DNA of 17,667 nt, from positions 1-17,667 of the forward strand of contig JBGFRI010000042.1 in the NCBI GenBank assembly GCA_041695225.1. Reading direction: 5' to 3'. The notes beneath the pieces were generated by a model. The model was not told the origin of the DNA. It searched no databases and saw only the letters and a list, made by a program, of their open reading frames with translations. This document shows, in pieces, positions 15,924-17,667 of the stretch. How positions within the stretch are numbered: position 1 is the first letter of the stretch; every line of letters begins with the position of its first letter. Both the position numbers and the translations under genes were made by a program. This DNA comes from Deinococcota bacterium. Its GTDB lineage: Bacteria > Deinococcota > Deinococci > Deinococcales > Thermaceae.

Positions 15924-17357
15924 ATGACCTTCTGGGCTATTCTCATTCTGATGGTGCTGGTGGCCGGCCTGGTGGCCTATGTGGGCGACCTGGTAGCCAA
16001 GCGGGTGGGCAAGCGCCACTGGCGGCTTCTGGGGTTACGCCCACGGGCTAGTGCTACCCTGGTTGCGGTGGGAACAGGAGTGCTAATAGCCCTTGGGGCT
16101 TTTGGGGCCTTCTTTCTGGTGGTACGGGATGCCCGCGAGACCATCCTGCAGGCCGAGGCCATAAGGCAAGAACGCGATCGGCTGCGTACCGAGGTGGAGC
16201 GGCTGGAATGGCGGGCCGGCGCCATGTTTAGCCAGAACGAGCAGCTCAGGACCGAGCGCGACGAGTTTGAACGAAACAACAACCTGCTGGCGCGGCAGCT
16301 TACCCAGAATTTGGAGCTGCAGCAGCAGACCCGACAAGAGCTCGAGGGTGTGCTGGTAGAGCGAGAAATACTGCGCCAGGAAGTAGGAAAGCTGCAAGCT
16401 GCCGGCGCAGAACAACGGCGGTCGTTAGAGGAACTCAAACAGATCCGTCAGAACTTACAACAAGAAAAGGATCGGCTAGAGGCTAGCCGAGCCGAGCTTC
16501 TGGCCCAGTCGAGGCGTGTCGAACAGAGGCTGCGTCAGCTCGAGACCGCCAGCACCGAGGCCCAGGCCCGGCTGGTGAGTCTTCAGGCACGTACCAGAGA
16601 ACTTGAACGCCAGTTGCGCCAGCTCGAGGCCGAAAAGCGCAGCCTCGAAGGGGATGTCGCGGTCCTGGGCAGCGGCGGGCAGGCTCAGGACTCCTCAGAA
16701 AACACCAGCCGCATCCTCGAGGCGGCCCAGCGCGAAAACCAGGCCTTGCGAACCCGGCTGCTGGAAACCCAGCAGGAAGTGCAGCAACTGCGCGAGCGCA
16801 ACCGACTGATAGCTGCCAGTCTGGATCAAAGCCTGCGCATGAGTCTCTTGGCCGAGCAACAGGTGGTCCCCGGCAACGAACAAGCCGCCCTGGGCGAGGT
16901 AACCCGCAGGGCCGACAACCGGCTTCGTCTGATTGGTCTGCGCGGCATGGAAGTGGTGGATCAACCCAGTCTGAGCAACCTGAAGCCGGGGCTATTGCTC
17001 GCGCGCATACAGAACATCAGCTCCGAGGGACGGGTGCGGGTGGTGATCGAGTACCGCGCCCGCGAGCAGGCCTTTGCCGAGGGGGAGGTGCTGGCCTACA
17101 CCACCCTGTTGCTCCCAGCCAGCATGAGCGAGATGCGGCGCAAGTTCAACGCCCTTGGCCAGATGGCCGAAGACCGGCTCTCGGCGCTGGGCTGGGTTCC
17201 GGAAAAGCTGGCCCAGGGGGGGATTGCCCTGGAGGAGTTCGTGAGCCTGGCCTCCCAGCTCACTGGCAGACGCGGCGGCGCCCGGGTAGCGGTGGTGGCG
17301 CTGGCCAATTTATACCCTACCGAGCCGCCCCGGCTCGGGCTGAGGGTACTGCCCTAG
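15924..17357 (+). CDS. DUF3084-family membrane protein with long coiled coil and C-terminal globular region
   Basis: N-terminal AGLVAYVGD...VGKRHWRLLGLRPR...TGVLIA matches my recollection of the DUF3084 pattern; two TMs, then ~230 aa E/Q/R/L heptad-rich region. Confidence 0.8.
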   Translation: MTFWAILILMVLVAGLVAYVGDLVAKRVGKRHWRLLGLRPRASATLVAVGTGVLIALGAFGAFFLVVRDARETILQAEAIRQERDRLRTEVERLEWRAGAMFSQNEQLRTERDEFERNNNLLARQLTQNLELQQQTRQELEGVLVEREILRQEVGKLQAAGAEQRRSLEELKQIRQNLQQEKDRLEASRAELLAQSRRVEQRLRQLETASTEAQARLVSLQARTRELERQLRQLEAEKRSLEGDVAVLGSGGQAQDSSENTSRILEAAQRENQALRTRLLETQQEVQQLRERNRLIAASLDQSLRMSLLAEQQVVPGNEQAALGEVTRRADNRLRLIGLRGMEVVDQPSLSNLKPGLLLARIQNISSEGRVRVVIEYRAREQAFAEGEVLAYTTLLLPASMSEMRRKFNALGQMAEDRLSALGWVPEKLAQGGIALEEFVSLASQLTGRRGGARVAVVALANLYPTEPPRLGLRVLP

Positions 17358-17553
17358 GGTGGTCGCTGTCGAAGGCGCACCTGGTTTCACGGAACCTCGA
17401 GGCGAGACAGGTCAAAAACCGAGGTTGGCAAGTCGAAGCACCTGAAAGCTAACTATCTGTGCAAACTCCGGTGTTACCCCACCGGTGGTGTAATCCGTTC
17501 AGCCTTGTGGCTGGGGTTGCGGAAATCTTCAGGTAAAGCTCTTATAGCGCTTG

Positions 17554-17581
17554 TTGACAGGCCTCTACATTATGGTAGCAT
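17554..17581 (+). promoter_or_regulatory. SigA promoter
   Basis: TTGACA (17554-17559) - 16 bp - TAGCAT (17576-17581), with extended TG at 17573-17574. Confidence 0.75.
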
Positions 17582-17591
17582 TGCATTGCCC

Positions 17592-17608
17592 ATACCCCAT
17601 AGGGGTAT
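17592..17608. promoter_or_regulatory. CsoR-type (copper-sensing repressor) operator
   Basis: Perfect 7-3-7 palindrome ATACCCC-ATA-GGGGTAT with TGCC/GGCA flanks, between the -10 and the SD; fits the TACC-N-GGTA G/C-tract CsoR/RcnR consensus. Confidence 0.75.
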
Positions 17609-17623
17609 TGGCAGGAGGCTAAA

Positions 17624-17667
17624 ATGTTGAAGAAAATCGCGATTAGTACAGTTGTCTCTTTGGCTGC
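17624..17667 (+). CDS. N-terminus of an exported protein (signal peptide), truncated by the window edge
   Basis: SD AGGAGG at 17613-17618; MLKKIAISTVVSLA (basic n-region plus hydrophobic h-region). Confidence 0.7.
   Translation, partial: MLKKIAISTVVSLA

Overview
GC-rich (~60-63% by eye) chromosomal window from a Deinococcus-Thermus bacterium, most likely Thermaceae (Meiothermus-like), judged from a Taq-like PolA, a Thermus-type GluRS and widespread leaderless genes. It is mostly housekeeping: the 5' end of a tRNA-linked tuf with tRNA-Thr(TGT)-Tyr(GTA)-Gly(CCC)-Thr(GGT), a beta-CASP MBL ribonuclease, an orphan HisKA_3 sensor kinase, polA, an enoyl-CoA hydratase, an HD hydrolase, an LCP protein, a divergent HemY-like oxidase, a parvulin PPIase, gltX, lptB, a DUF3084 coiled-coil membrane protein, and the start of an exported protein behind a CsoR-type operator. 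The most unusual signals are non-coding: (i) composite heptamer tandem-repeat elements with a conserved end and ordered sub-arrays; (ii) two copies of a REP/MITE-like element whose internal modules are in a different order; (iii) roughly 6-fold excess of CTCGAG, HIP-like. No transposase, CRISPR array or defence system was found. All calls are from motif recognition by eye; no searches were run.
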